Assembly (NCBI GenBank): GCA_964428435.1
Contig: CAYRYA010000004.1
Span: 8,116-72,115, forward strand
DNA from: an uncultured Candidatus Saccharibacteria bacterium
GTDB lineage: Bacteria > Patescibacteriota > Minisyncoccia > Phycocordibacterales > DATDWN01
Length of the DNA stretch: 64,000 bases
Direction: 5' to 3'
In this document: positions 46,403 to 56,683 of the stretch, one piece after another
Layout: the number at the start of each line of letters is the position of its first letter
Numbering within the stretch: the first letter of the stretch is position 1
Notes under the pieces: model-generated
Database searches by the model: none
The model's input: the letters and a program-made list of their open reading frames with translations, nothing else
Told to the model about the DNA's origin: nothing
Made by a program: the position numbers and the translations under genes

Positions 46403-47871
46403 TCCTCCCATGAAATTATTTGGTATTGATCCGAAGTCAACGGAAAACTTGGTGGTGGTCCATACAAAAGGTTTGCATCATAAATAATATCTCGACTGTC
46501 ATAACCTGTACCATCTGTGTATGCAAAACCGTATCGCAAACTACTTGCAATCATTCCATATAACGTGAGAGAAGTTTTACTGTCATCTGAACATGATGTT
46601 TGATAGTAATACCTTCCCGCACGACCATTTTGTGCTACTAATGCCGCATCGATACGTAAGTTATTTGCTGAGTATTGTCCTACATTAACATTCCCTTGTG
46701 ATATAAGAGAGATAACATCTTGTCCATCGTAGTTGGTATAGAGCAAGTTTGCATTAATGGTAATACTTGGTCGTGTCGCAGGGTTATCTGGAAAACGTCC
46801 CACTGCAAGAGTGACACGAGCGGTATTAATCTGACCATCTACCCACACATTATCTTCAAGAAAAATAAGTCCATTTGAAGGAATCGCATAGTTACCGAGT
46901 AATGTCTGACCCCCTCCTCCAGAAGTACGGATGCTCCATGAACCCCACCCTGATTGATTTTGCGCATTAGAACAGTTGTTCCCTACTGCCTGAAGAGCTG
47001 TCACACGGTAAAGATCAAATGTATCATTTGTTTTAAATACAACACGATATCCCTGATATCCCGATGCGGCAAAATATCTTCCTGATGTTTGTGCACCAGA
47101 TTTAATTGATGCGAGATCAGTAGTTAAGCCCACAAAATCAACCGCCGGAATTGGAAATTGTCTTCCAGACTCGAACACGTCTGGACGAGCTGGGACACTG
47201 TTTGGTGGCGCCTCGGCAGAACGAAATGTGTCATTTACGCTACCGCTCGGTAATGTTACATGGGTATGTACCCCAAACTCATTGTTTCCTGAGTGATCTG
47301 GGTCATCATATACATCTCGTGACGACGAAATCACATTATGAGCAAGACCATCAAACCGAATCCCTCCGTTTGAATGAATTGGACCGTACACCTCTGTACC
47401 CTCTCCAAAACGAAGACTGTCATTACTTACTACGGCATATTTTGCAAGAGAAGGGATTGCGAAACGAGCGGTAATTGAACGTGCAACAGAAGGATCATCT
47501 GTGATACGACCTGTTGATTTCACAGTCACAATAGTAAACCCTGGCTGTGGTGGTGTAATCGTTAATGTAAATGTTCCGATTTGATTTCCATCTTTATCAT
47601 AAAATGGACGAATAGATGGTGTGCTCGTACCTGTGCCGTCTTGATAGTCAGTTGGTGCATGTGCAAGATGCCATCGATAATAATCGATTCCAGATTCTGC
47701 AATCTGGAGAGCTTGTTCGCGATACAATGCAAGACGCGATGCTTTGATATTTAATCCAGCCCATGAGACAAGACCTCCAATAATAACTACCGCAATACTT
47801 CCAAACACAAGTGCTTGAACAAGAAGAGAACCTTTTTGTGGGTGGTACCCAGTGATGTATATCTTTTTCAT
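46393..47871 (-). CDS. PilX-like type IV pilus minor pilin/assembly protein
   Basis: 492 aa; N-terminus QKGSLLVQALVFGSIAVVIIGGLV...YREQALQIAESG resembles PilX N-terminal domain; large beta-rich C-terminal region. Confidence 0.55.
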   Translation of the reverse strand: MKKIYITGYHPQKGSLLVQALVFGSIAVVIIGGLVSWAGLNIKASRLALYREQALQIAESGIDYYRWHLAHAPTDYQDGTGTSTPSIRPFYDKDGNQIGTFTLTITPPQPGFTIVTVKSTGRITDDPSVARSITARFAIPSLAKYAVVSNDSLRFGEGTEVYGPIHSNGGIRFDGLAHNVISSSRDVYDDPDHSGNNEFGVHTHVTLPSGSVNDTFRSAEAPPNSVPARPDVFESGRQFPIPAVDFVGLTTDLASIKSGAQTSGRYFAASGYQGYRVVFKTNDTFDLYRVTALQAVGNNCSNAQNQSGWGSWSIRTSGGGGQTLLGNYAIPSNGLIFLEDNVWVDGQINTARVTLAVGRFPDNPATRPSITINANLLYTNYDGQDVISLISQGNVNVGQYSANNLRIDAALVAQNGRAGRYYYQTSCSDDSKTSLTLYGMIASSLRYGFAYTDGTGYDSRDIIYDANLLYGPPPSFPLTSDQYQIISWEETR

Positions 47872-48482
47872 AAGTTATCTTTAAGATTACGGAGTGTTGC
47901 TGTAGTGGTCACTATAAGCGGTATTGGTGTTTTATTTGGATCTTTCTCAATAACCAACGTAATCTTTATCATTCGAATATTTGAAATCACTACTGGCTGG
48001 CTCAGTGGCGATGTGGTGCCGGCAAATGTACTCGGGTAATACGTAAACAAAGTTGTTGTTGCACTGTTTGCGATATGTGAGACAACCGAAGAAACTTTTT
48101 CATTTGCCTCTACATATGCAAGCGGACTACCGGTTGGAGACAGCTCCCCTCGACGAAGCGTTGTACCAGACATAAAATATCGTATTCTCTCTTTATTCCC
48201 ATCATTATTGATATCACTATAAAACGTCAGCGCAGATGAACTTGCGACAGTTATAGGATAACCTCCGAGAGAAGATGGTGATGCTTCTCGTAACTCAGCG
48301 ACTATTTTCTTAATCACATGACGAGCATCAAGTTGCGCCGAGAGACTATTTTGTGCGGAAAAATTTAAGGTAAAAATATCACGCTGAAATGTTCCTACTG
48401 CAAGCGCAAGTAGGCCGATAATTGCAGAACTCACAACTATTTCAACAAGAGTGACACCTTGTGTATATTTCATATTATTCAC
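47868..48482 (-). CDS. type IV minor pilin with prepilin-type N-terminal cleavage/methylation domain
   Basis: QGVTLVEIVVSSAIIGLLA class III signal (G|VTLVE). Confidence 0.7.
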   Translation of the reverse strand: MNNMKYTQGVTLVEIVVSSAIIGLLALAVGTFQRDIFTLNFSAQNSLSAQLDARHVIKKIVAELREASPSSLGGYPITVASSSALTFYSDINNDGNKERIRYFMSGTTLRRGELSPTGSPLAYVEANEKVSSVVSHIANSATTTLFTYYPSTFAGTTSPLSQPVVISNIRMIKITLVIEKDPNKTPIPLIVTTTATLRNLKDNL

Positions 48483-50274
48483 TCACTAGTATAACATCTT
48501 GTAACTTCCAACTACTATCAATTGTTAGTGGAATTGTCTGTGTCTCGTAATTTGTTTTAGTCACTCGAAGACTGTAGGTACCATTTGAAAGCCCTGTAAA
48601 CACCACTTGACCTGGCGGAGTACATGAAGCAGTAAATGTAAAAGCAATATCAGAAATATTTGGGGAACGACTTGTGTCATCTGTATGAAGATAAAGTTTG
48701 TATCTTAAATAACGTTTTCCACTCGCTGAGGAATGTATTGTGCGATTTGCGGTTGTAAAGTACGTTGCATTTGTACCATCTGGTCCAACATAATCCCATG
48801 TACCTCCATCATCATTTGTTGCAATCTGAAAACGCACTGCGTTTGCACCCGTGCTTGTCGCCTGATCCATTGGAGACCATACAATTTCTTGAAAATTTGA
48901 GACTCCACCGGTATCAAAAGAAGATGATGTGAGTGTCCCATCTGTTTGATATTGCCCAAGAATATATTTTAACGTTAAATCACCCGCGGGATTATTGATT
49001 TCTATATTTCCATCACTACTTAAATATTGTGACATATTTGTTGATGTTGCCTGACCTCCCCCTCCAGACCAATTTGTTTGTACCAATGAACCTTTACCTG
49101 TCACACGTGTCGCCAACACGGCACCACCCGAAGAAAGAAGTTCAACCGTAGCATCAGCAAGTGGAAGCGATGAGGCACTATCACGTACCGCCACAAGTAC
49201 TGTTTGAGGATCTTTTGGTGCAACAACGAGATCTACTTGTTGTGATGAATCAGGGGAAAGCAAAAAAGAAATGAGAGGGTTTGCTCCAATCAAATCATAT
49301 GTACCTGACGTCATTGCGAGTGCATAGGTGTCCCACTCCATATTTGATAAAGAAAGCGCTCCAGAGCCACCAGTTGAGTGATCTTGATCATATTTGAGAA
49401 TTACCGGATTCGTACCTACTGTTTTTGTACCCGTGAGTGTGAGTGGAATATTGGTCACTGTTCCACAGTTTGATGCAAAGCTATTTACGGATAACGTACT
49501 TAGTTCATCGATAATAAAACTTTGTGCTGTTACTTGTTGCAACACCACAGTCGCATGAGGTTTGGTAGGATTTGGATTCGCTACTGTAATCGAATACGTA
49601 CGCTCTGTAGAATATCCCGATTTGGTTACTGTAATTTCATACGCATTGATGCCTGGAGGTGCATCGACAATTGCGAGTAGTCCGTCGTTGTTGGTTACAT
49701 CATCAATCGAGATAGTGCTTGTTGCAAGATTATTTTCAATATGCACATTTGCTTGTGGTACCGGATTACCATTTGCATCAAACACTCGAATAAACAAAGC
49801 GCCGTTTGTTGAAGCTGTCTCAAGACTTTTTGGAGCGACACGTGAAGTCACACTTACTGGTTTAAAATTACGACATAACACACATCCGATTTCTATTTCA
49901 ACAACCTTAGAATCTGCAGGCGAAAGATCGTTGGGACTACCTCCCAGCGTTCCATCAAACGGATCGTCAAAGTTTCTTACTGTGGTAGTTGCAATAAATG
50001 TTGTTCCGTCTCGAACCAACGTCTGCACATGAGTCAACAATCCATCAGGAATACCTCCGTCAATACCCACACTTGCGTATGGTAGATTTTTTACAATTTC
50101 AAGTTGTTCATTGGCAAGGTCAATTGCTGCAATTTTTTGTCGCGATACAGATACTGCCTGGTAAATAGATGTATATGCATTGTATACTCCAACAATAATA
50201 ACCGTAAACACAGAAACTCCAACCAGAAGCTCAATAAGTGTAAACCCTTTTTTGTTTTTGAATAGATTTTTCAT
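48475..50274 (-). CDS. large (~600 aa) pilin-like protein with prepilin N-terminus
   Basis: Start at MKNLFKNKKGFTLIELLVGVSVFTVIIVG (G|FTLIE); long Thr/Ser/Gly-rich beta-domain region. Confidence 0.65.
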   Translation of the reverse strand: MKNLFKNKKGFTLIELLVGVSVFTVIIVGVYNAYTSIYQAVSVSRQKIAAIDLANEQLEIVKNLPYASVGIDGGIPDGLLTHVQTLVRDGTTFIATTTVRNFDDPFDGTLGGSPNDLSPADSKVVEIEIGCVLCRNFKPVSVTSRVAPKSLETASTNGALFIRVFDANGNPVPQANVHIENNLATSTISIDDVTNNDGLLAIVDAPPGINAYEITVTKSGYSTERTYSITVANPNPTKPHATVVLQQVTAQSFIIDELSTLSVNSFASNCGTVTNIPLTLTGTKTVGTNPVILKYDQDHSTGGSGALSLSNMEWDTYALAMTSGTYDLIGANPLISFLLSPDSSQQVDLVVAPKDPQTVLVAVRDSASSLPLADATVELLSSGGAVLATRVTGKGSLVQTNWSGGGGQATSTNMSQYLSSDGNIEINNPAGDLTLKYILGQYQTDGTLTSSSFDTGGVSNFQEIVWSPMDQATSTGANAVRFQIATNDDGGTWDYVGPDGTNATYFTTANRTIHSSASGKRYLRYKLYLHTDDTSRSPNISDIAFTFTASCTPPGQVVFTGLSNGTYSLRVTKTNYETQTIPLTIDSSWKLQDVILVSE

Positions 50275-50407
50275 TCTTTCTCTTAACAAGCAACTATGAA
50301 CCAATAAAATTGCTTTAGATGCGAGACGCAAGAAGGTTTTGGAGTGAGCCGTAAGCAACAAAACCTGAATTGCAACAAAGCAGATGAAGTGATTTTATTG
50401 TGTACTG

Positions 50408-51622
50408 TTATATAGCATCCGCCAAACTGTAAGTCGGAGCCAACATTGAAATCGCAAATATTCCCACTGCTGCACCGATCACAATCATCAATACAGGTTC
50501 AATTACAGAAGACATATCTTTTGTTTTCTGATCTACTTCGTCTTCATAAAACTGTGCGACTCCAACCAACATATCCCCTATTTTTCCTGTTTCCTCACCA
50601 ACCGACACCATTTCTCCCACGAAGATAGGATATAGATCCTCATGTTTCAAAAAGATCGCAGACATTAATTCTCCTTTCTGGATCACTTGCTCAATATTAT
50701 CGAGCACAGCTTTATAGTATGTATTTTGAATAACCTCTTTTGTGACGGAAATAGCAACGACAATATCAACACCTGAACTAATCAGTGATGAGAGTGTACG
50801 TGCAGTACGTGCTGAATTCACTTGTTTAACAATATCTCCAATCACTGGAGTATGGATCGCAACATAATCAGACAATCGCTTTCCTTTTTCTGTTTTTAAT
50901 CCATAGTACACACCAGCACACAATGCGATAACTCCACCAATCATTACGAGAAAATAGTTTTTCATGATATCACTGATACCAATAATGATTCGTGTAGATA
51001 ACGGAAGTTTGATACCGAGCCCTTTGAACGTTTCTGTAAGTGTCGGAACCATATATACCATCATCAATACTCCGATCACAGCCATGAGAGAAAAAATAAC
51101 CGCAGGATACATCATTGCTCCTTTGATTTTCTTGTTCAACTGATATGTCTTTTCCATCTGGTTTGAAATATTCTTGAGTGCAAGAATGAGGTTCCCAGAC
51201 TCTTCACCTGCGCGCACCATTGAAACAAAAAGCATTGAAAACACTTCTGGATATGCTTTCATTGCTTCAGAGAGAGTAACTCCTTTACTAATTTCCTCTT
51301 CAAGAGAGGTGAGGATTTTTTTAAACTGACCTTTTGACTGTCGACCCATAATAGATATTGCTCGGGTAATCGGAAGTCCTGCCTCAATCATAGAAGAAAG
51401 GTTTCGTGCAAATACAATCTTGTCATGGGTTTTTACCTTTCCTGAAAATGGCATCGAAAAAGACGCTGAGAAAAACTTTTGAGTGTGCACCTCAGATGAT
51501 GAGAGAACCTGTCCCCCTTCTTTTTTTATATCTCGATATAACGAAAATTTATCAGGAGCCTCTTTTACCCCCTCATATTCTTTACCTTCTGCATTTATTG
51601 CTTTGTATGTAAATGTTGTCAT
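50408..51622 (-). CDS. pilC: type IV pilus inner-membrane platform protein PilC (GspF family)
   Basis: 404 aa; duplicated T2SS-F domains with 3 TM segments. Confidence 0.85.
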   Translation of the reverse strand: MTTFTYKAINAEGKEYEGVKEAPDKFSLYRDIKKEGGQVLSSSEVHTQKFFSASFSMPFSGKVKTHDKIVFARNLSSMIEAGLPITRAISIMGRQSKGQFKKILTSLEEEISKGVTLSEAMKAYPEVFSMLFVSMVRAGEESGNLILALKNISNQMEKTYQLNKKIKGAMMYPAVIFSLMAVIGVLMMVYMVPTLTETFKGLGIKLPLSTRIIIGISDIMKNYFLVMIGGVIALCAGVYYGLKTEKGKRLSDYVAIHTPVIGDIVKQVNSARTARTLSSLISSGVDIVVAISVTKEVIQNTYYKAVLDNIEQVIQKGELMSAIFLKHEDLYPIFVGEMVSVGEETGKIGDMLVGVAQFYEDEVDQKTKDMSSVIEPVLMIVIGAAVGIFAISMLAPTYSLADAI

Positions 51623-51623
51623 A

Positions 51624-53375
51624 TTATTCTGAAATTACACGAAGCACCTCTTCAATTGTGGTTGTACCTTGCACCGCTTGGAAAATACCGTCTTCGATCA
51701 TAGTGAGCATACCTTCTTTTTCTGCCTGCTTTTGTATCTCATCTGCAGTACCCCCTTTCATAATAATCTCTTTAATCGCTGGTGACACTTTTAGGATCTC
51801 GTGAATACCTGCTCGCCCACCATATCCATCAGCATCAGCAGTACCTTTTTTAGGTCTAAAGAAAGGTATTTTTTCCCAATTATCACTCTTACCGATTATT
51901 TTTTCAGCACGAAGAGCTTCGGCAATCTTATCAAGATTTACCGATTTGCCGAGAGTTTCAATCTCTGATTTTGTCAGGAAATATTTTTCTTTTGATTCTT
52001 CAGTGAGACGACGCACCAAACGCTGCGCAATAATAATATTAATTGTTGATACCAATAGGAATGGTTCTACTTTCATATCAATCAATCGAGGAATCGCTCC
52101 GGCCGCACTGTTGGTGTGCAGTGTTGAAAGCACAACGTGTCCCGTAAGTGATGCGTTGATAGCGAGAGATGCTGTTTCATTGTCTCGAATCTCCCCCACC
52201 ATAATAATGTCAGGATCCTGTCGAACAAGCGTACGAAGTCCCGATGAGAATGTAAAACCTATCTCTGGGCGTACCTGTGTTTGATTAATACGTTTCATCT
52301 GATACTCAACAGGATCTTCGATCGTTGAAATATTCACATCAGGAGTATTGAGCATATCGAGGATCGTATACAATGTTGTTGTTTTACCTGAACCTGTCGG
52401 ACCTGTAGTGAGGATCATCCCTGTTGTTGATTTGATTGCTTTATGAATACGTTCAAGACCTTCTCCATGGAAGTGAAGTTTTTCAAGTGTAAAACCTGAT
52501 ACAGTTTCTCGGAGCAAACGCATTACCGTCTTTTCTCCGTAGTATGTTGGAAGTGTTGATACACGAAACGATACTTTTTCACCGTTCATGTCAATCTTGA
52601 AACGACCGTCTTGTGGAAGACGTTTTTCATCAAGCTTGAGACTTGCAAGCACTTTTATACGAGCACTAATCGATGGGGCAACATTTTTAGGCAACACCAT
52701 CGCATCGTGAAGCAGACCATCAATACGGTATCGTACCAATAGTTCTGTTTCCATTGGTTCAATGTGAATATCGGATGCGTCTTGTAAGATGGCATGTTTT
52801 AAAAGCGTATCAACAATACGCACCACCGGTACATCATCTGCCAATTTTTTCAGATCACTTTCTGAAACATCTTCTTCCAGATCTTCAACTTTCTTCAAAG
52901 AAAGAGCGTCTTTTTGAATAAGATCACCAAATTCAGCCTTCAAACTTTTTTGATACTGCAACAACGCTGACTTCATAGATTCCCCATCAGTAAGACGTGG
53001 AAGAATTTTGAGACCCACCTTCTTTTTAACGAAATCAATCGCTGTCAAATCTTCAGTATCAAGCATCGCTACTTCAAGTGCAGTATCTGTTTTTTTGAAT
53101 GCGACAATATTATGGTTACGTGCAATAGGTTCTGGGATCATTGAAAGAACTTCAAAGTCCAGTTTTTCACCTTTTAAATCTACGAAAGGAATGCCGAGAA
53201 TATACGCCTGCATCCGACGAAGGTCATCTTCGGTTAGTTTTCCTTTACTTACCAATATCTTCCCTAATCCTTCACCTGACTCTTCGCCTTCTTTGGCGGC
53301 AGCAGTAACCTCAGCACGAGATACAAGACCTGAGTCAATAATGAAATCTTTAAGTTGTGTTTCTTCAATGTGCAT
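51624..53375 (-). CDS. pilB: type IV pilus assembly ATPase PilB (GspE family)
   Basis: 583 aa; N-terminal GSPII_E_N region, Walker A GPTGSGKTTTLY, Asp and His boxes. Confidence 0.9.
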   Translation of the reverse strand: MHIEETQLKDFIIDSGLVSRAEVTAAAKEGEESGEGLGKILVSKGKLTEDDLRRMQAYILGIPFVDLKGEKLDFEVLSMIPEPIARNHNIVAFKKTDTALEVAMLDTEDLTAIDFVKKKVGLKILPRLTDGESMKSALLQYQKSLKAEFGDLIQKDALSLKKVEDLEEDVSESDLKKLADDVPVVRIVDTLLKHAILQDASDIHIEPMETELLVRYRIDGLLHDAMVLPKNVAPSISARIKVLASLKLDEKRLPQDGRFKIDMNGEKVSFRVSTLPTYYGEKTVMRLLRETVSGFTLEKLHFHGEGLERIHKAIKSTTGMILTTGPTGSGKTTTLYTILDMLNTPDVNISTIEDPVEYQMKRINQTQVRPEIGFTFSSGLRTLVRQDPDIIMVGEIRDNETASLAINASLTGHVVLSTLHTNSAAGAIPRLIDMKVEPFLLVSTINIIIAQRLVRRLTEESKEKYFLTKSEIETLGKSVNLDKIAEALRAEKIIGKSDNWEKIPFFRPKKGTADADGYGGRAGIHEILKVSPAIKEIIMKGGTADEIQKQAEKEGMLTMIEDGIFQAVQGTTTIEEVLRVISE

Positions 53376-53377
53376 AC

Positions 53378-53425
53378 GAAAGTAAAAAGTCTTAAAGTCG
53401 AAAGTCTACCGAGTCGACTTTGCAC
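53378..53425. repeat. 9-bp-periodic GACTT/AAGTC array immediately upstream of pilB start
   Basis: gaaagtaaaaagtcttaaagtcgaaagtctaccgagtcgactttgcac. Confidence 0.55.
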
Positions 53426-53527
53426 TTTAATTATATAGTTTCAGTATATCAAAAAAGTAATATTCTCTAGTATAAAAATGTGTACAAGAAAGGCCGGTCA
53501 ACACTATGTGCAAACCGACCTTTGTAA

Positions 53528-53824
53528 TCATCCCCATCCGAAACCCTTTTGCACCATCAAGGTAGTCCCGATGCCGATGAAAAGTGCTAAATTTAAAAGC
53601 TTAAACCCTTTAGGGACTGTCGAGCCCATTTGCCACGCCATGACAGCAAACCAGAGTATAAACGCCAACCGGAAGCCCAAAAAGTGGTCAACATAAGAGG
53701 CGGAAAGTATTGCTACCACCCCTAAAATAGCCGCGATTTTGTCGTAGACAGTGGCATTTACCCCAAACAAAAACCATGCTTGCAATAACACTGCAAACAA
53801 GATGGTAATCTCTACCATACGCAC
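53528..53824 (-). CDS. small membrane protein, hypothetical
   Basis: 98 aa, 3 hydrophobic helices. Confidence 0.4.
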   Translation of the reverse strand: MRMVEITILFAVLLQAWFLFGVNATVYDKIAAILGVVAILSASYVDHFLGFRLAFILWFAVMAWQMGSTVPKGFKLLNLALFIGIGTTLMVQKGFGWG

Positions 53825-53861
53825 CTCCTTCTATATACCACTATACATACATCACCTATGT

Positions 53862-53890
53862 TTGACAACATTTTTCTCTTGCGGTATTAT
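53862..53890 (+). promoter_or_regulatory. sigma70-like promoter of nusA
   Basis: TTGACA-17 bp-TATTAT. Confidence 0.55.
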
Positions 53891-53906
53891 ACATGTATCT
53901 GACAAG

Positions 53907-53933
53907 TCCGCCCGAAAGGCGGATCAATTTTTT
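53907..53933 (+). terminator. leader hairpin plus U-tract (putative attenuator) in nusA 5'-UTR
   Basis: TCCGCC-CGAAA-GGCGGA followed by TCAATTTTTT, between promoter and nusA ATG at 53956. Confidence 0.45.
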
Positions 53934-53955
53934 ACCCAAAATAACAAAAAGTAAC

Positions 53956-55167
53956 ATGTTTGATCTTAAAGTAATACATTCTGTGCTCACTCAGCTCGAA
54001 GAAGAGCGAGGCATTCCTCAAGCAAAAATCATTGAGGCTATTGAGCTTGCCCTCGCCACTGCGTACAAGAAAGAATATGGCAAAAAAGGCCAGATTGTTC
54101 GGGCTAAATTTGACCTCAACTCAGGTGCAGTTGAAATGTACCAAGTAAAAATTGTTGTTGATGAGTCAACAGTGGTTATGGAACTGGCAGATGATGTAGA
54201 TCTTCCAGAAGGTATGGAGCTCTACAACCCAGAACATCATATGTTACTTGCTGACGCCAAACTTATCAAAAAAGATGCTGTACTTGGTGAAGAAATAGTC
54301 TTCCCCCTCGAAGATAAGGCTGACTATAGCCGTATTGCAGCGCAGACCGCAAAACAGGTAATCATGCAAAAAATCCGTGAAGCTGAGAAAGTTTCAGTAC
54401 TTGGTGAATACGGTAAACGAGAGGGTGAAATCGTCAGTGGTACTGTACAACGTATCGAACGAGGCAATATCTTTGTAGATATGGGCCGAGCAACAGGTCT
54501 CCTTGCGTACGAAGAGCAGATTCCAGGAGAACGGTACGGTCAAGGTGAGCGAGTACGAGCATATATGTACCGCGTAGAAGACTCAGGAAAAGGTGTATTC
54601 TTGCGACTTTCTCGATCACATCCAAAATTCCTTGAAAAACTTTTTGAAGCTGAAGCCCCAGAGCTTGCAACAGGTGCAGTGGTAGTAAAATCTATCGCTC
54701 GAGAAGCAGGTTCACGCACAAAGATCGCTGTGGCTTCAACCGATGATCATATTGACCCAGTCGGTTCAATGGTTGGTCAGCGAGGAGTGCGAGTAGCTAC
54801 TGTAATGTCTGAGCTTGGTGGTGAAAAAATTGACATTATCGAATGGAATGCAGATCCGAAGAAATTCATCGAAGAAGCTCTCTCTCCTGCAAAAATCCTC
54901 TCGATTGATATCAATGAAGCTGATAAATCAGCTAAAGTGGCAGTGTCTTCTGACCAGCAATCATTGGCAATCGGAAAAGGTGGACAAAATGTACGCCTCG
55001 CAGCAAAACTCACTGGTTGGAGAATCGATATCCAGTCAGACGGCTCTACAGAGCCACTTGCAACTGCAAGTGCAGAAGCTCCAGAATCAACCATTGATTC
55101 TGATGAAGGTTTTGCAGATATCTCAAGCCTCAAGGCTGAAGCCTCTGAGACAGAGAAACAAGACTAA
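53956..55167 (+). CDS. nusA: transcription termination/antitermination factor NusA
   Basis: N-terminal domain, S1 and two KH domains (…GEIVSGTVQRIERGNIFVDMG…, …GQRGVRVATVMSELGGEKIDII…); start at MFDLKVIHSVL. Confidence 0.85.
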   Translation: MFDLKVIHSVLTQLEEERGIPQAKIIEAIELALATAYKKEYGKKGQIVRAKFDLNSGAVEMYQVKIVVDESTVVMELADDVDLPEGMELYNPEHHMLLADAKLIKKDAVLGEEIVFPLEDKADYSRIAAQTAKQVIMQKIREAEKVSVLGEYGKREGEIVSGTVQRIERGNIFVDMGRATGLLAYEEQIPGERYGQGERVRAYMYRVEDSGKGVFLRLSRSHPKFLEKLFEAEAPELATGAVVVKSIAREAGSRTKIAVASTDDHIDPVGSMVGQRGVRVATVMSELGGEKIDIIEWNADPKKFIEEALSPAKILSIDINEADKSAKVAVSSDQQSLAIGKGGQNVRLAAKLTGWRIDIQSDGSTEPLATASAEAPESTIDSDEGFADISSLKAEASETEKQD

Positions 55168-55186
55168 AGATTAAAAGATAATGTAA

Positions 55187-55222
55187 GAAAACTTCCCCTA
55201 GGCCAGGCCTAGGGGAAGTTTT
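55187..55222 (+). terminator. terminator after nusA
   Basis: AAACTTCCCCTAGGCC/AGGCCTAGGGGAAGTTT. Confidence 0.6.
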
Positions 55223-55286
55223 TGCATATGCTGCTTTTTTCCTGTATTATTCTTTAATCCTTAATCATTAATCTAATATCTATCCC

Positions 55287-55796
55287 ATGAATTTAATCAA
55301 AGAAATCAGTGCAGGGACACCTGAAGAGATGAATGTAATCGTCGAAATTCCAAAAGGCTCTAAGAATAAGTACGAAATCGACAAAGAAACAGGCCTTATT
55401 GCTCTCGATCGAGTAATGCACACCTCTCAGGACATGCCATTTGACTACGGTTTTGTTCCTCAGACTCTCTGGGAAGATGGTGACCCGCTTGATGTTGTGA
55501 TCCTCACTACATACCCACTTCACCCTGGTATTTTGGCTAAAGTTCGTCCTGTAGGCATGATGGATATGGTGGATGATGGTGAAAGTGATGTAAAAATCAT
55601 CGCTGTACCAGTCAAAGATCCTCGTTTTGCAGAAATCAAAGACCTTTCTGATGTAAACAAACACACACTCAAAGAAATGGAGCATTACTTTACTACCTAC
55701 AAGAAACTTCAGAATAAAGAAGTGATAATCAAAGGTTTTGGTGACAAACAAGCAGCAATGGATGCATTCAACAAAGCAATCCTCGCTTTCAAATAA
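55287..55796 (+). CDS. ppa: inorganic pyrophosphatase (family I)
   Basis: 169 aa; DPLDVVIL, DDGESDVKIIAV motifs. Confidence 0.9.
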   Translation: MNLIKEISAGTPEEMNVIVEIPKGSKNKYEIDKETGLIALDRVMHTSQDMPFDYGFVPQTLWEDGDPLDVVILTTYPLHPGILAKVRPVGMMDMVDDGESDVKIIAVPVKDPRFAEIKDLSDVNKHTLKEMEHYFTTYKKLQNKEVIIKGFGDKQAAMDAFNKAILAFK

Positions 55797-55819
55797 CTGC
55801 TTAAAAACTAATCCCCAGA

Positions 55820-55857
55820 AAGACCTGTCTGTAAATATACAGACGGGTCTTTTACTT
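55820..55857 (+). terminator. terminator after ppa
   Basis: AAAGACCTGTCTGTA-AATA-TACAGACGGGTCTTTTACTT. Confidence 0.6.
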
Positions 55858-55913
55858 ATATAATATAAGGATAGGTATATGTCGCATATATCTATCTAAT
55901 CGTAAATATACTA

Positions 55914-56675
55914 ATGAAAAAATACTTATATACATCAATCATAGCTTGTGCTCTTTTGTGTACACCATATGTGTACGCAGAAGATGGTACAACAGGAACA
56001 GCAGAGACAACTTCTGCTACCACACCAACAAGTGCGCCAAAACCAAGACCACTTGCTCCAATACGAGAAGTTCGAAAAGAAATTCGAGAAGATCGTAAGG
56101 AGATGAATGAAGGAATCCGAGAAGAGAAAAAAGAATTTAACCAGCAAGTACGTGAAGACCGAAAAGCACTCGCTTCAAGTACTGCCTCTACTACACCAGC
56201 AATGCGAAAAGAATTTCGAGAGGGTGTAAAGGAAGATCGCAAAGAGCTTCGTGAGGAAAATAAAGAAAAACGAGAAGAGTTTCGTGAAGAATCAAAAGAT
56301 AAACGTAAAAATGCTCGAATCGAGGCTATGGTAACTATTGTAGTCAATCGACTCAATGCAACCATCACCCGCCTTGAGAAACTTATTGAAAAACTTGATG
56401 CACGTATCGCTAAATTCAAAGAAAAAGGTGCTGATGTAACTGTTGCAACAGCAGCTTCAGCAGAAGCAAAAAGTGCAATCGCGAGTGCTAAAAGTAAAGT
56501 AAGTAGTATCACAGTACCAACAGGTTCAACCACCGCATCAAGTACAGCTGAAACAATCAAATCATCTGTTAAACTTGTAGAGCAGGATCTGAAAGTAGCT
56601 CGAAGCGCTTTAGAGAAAGCATTAAAAAGTTTTAAAGGTTTGAGCTCTCAAGCAACAACCACACCAACTAATTAA
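55914..56675 (+). CDS. secreted E/K/R-rich repeat protein (predicted coiled coil), hypothetical
   Basis: Signal peptide ending VYAEDG; repeated REDRKE/EFRE units; Thr/Ser-rich segments. Confidence 0.55.
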   Translation: MKKYLYTSIIACALLCTPYVYAEDGTTGTAETTSATTPTSAPKPRPLAPIREVRKEIREDRKEMNEGIREEKKEFNQQVREDRKALASSTASTTPAMRKEFREGVKEDRKELREENKEKREEFREESKDKRKNARIEAMVTIVVNRLNATITRLEKLIEKLDARIAKFKEKGADVTVATAASAEAKSAIASAKSKVSSITVPTGSTTASSTAETIKSSVKLVEQDLKVARSALEKALKSFKGLSSQATTTPTN

Positions 56676-56683
56676 TAGTCTAT

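Noticed and set aside
55892-56560. 222-aa minus-strand ORF
   Set aside because: Antisense to the better-supported secreted repeat protein (which has a signal peptide and RBS); its low-complexity S/R/A-rich translation mirrors the E/K/R repeats.
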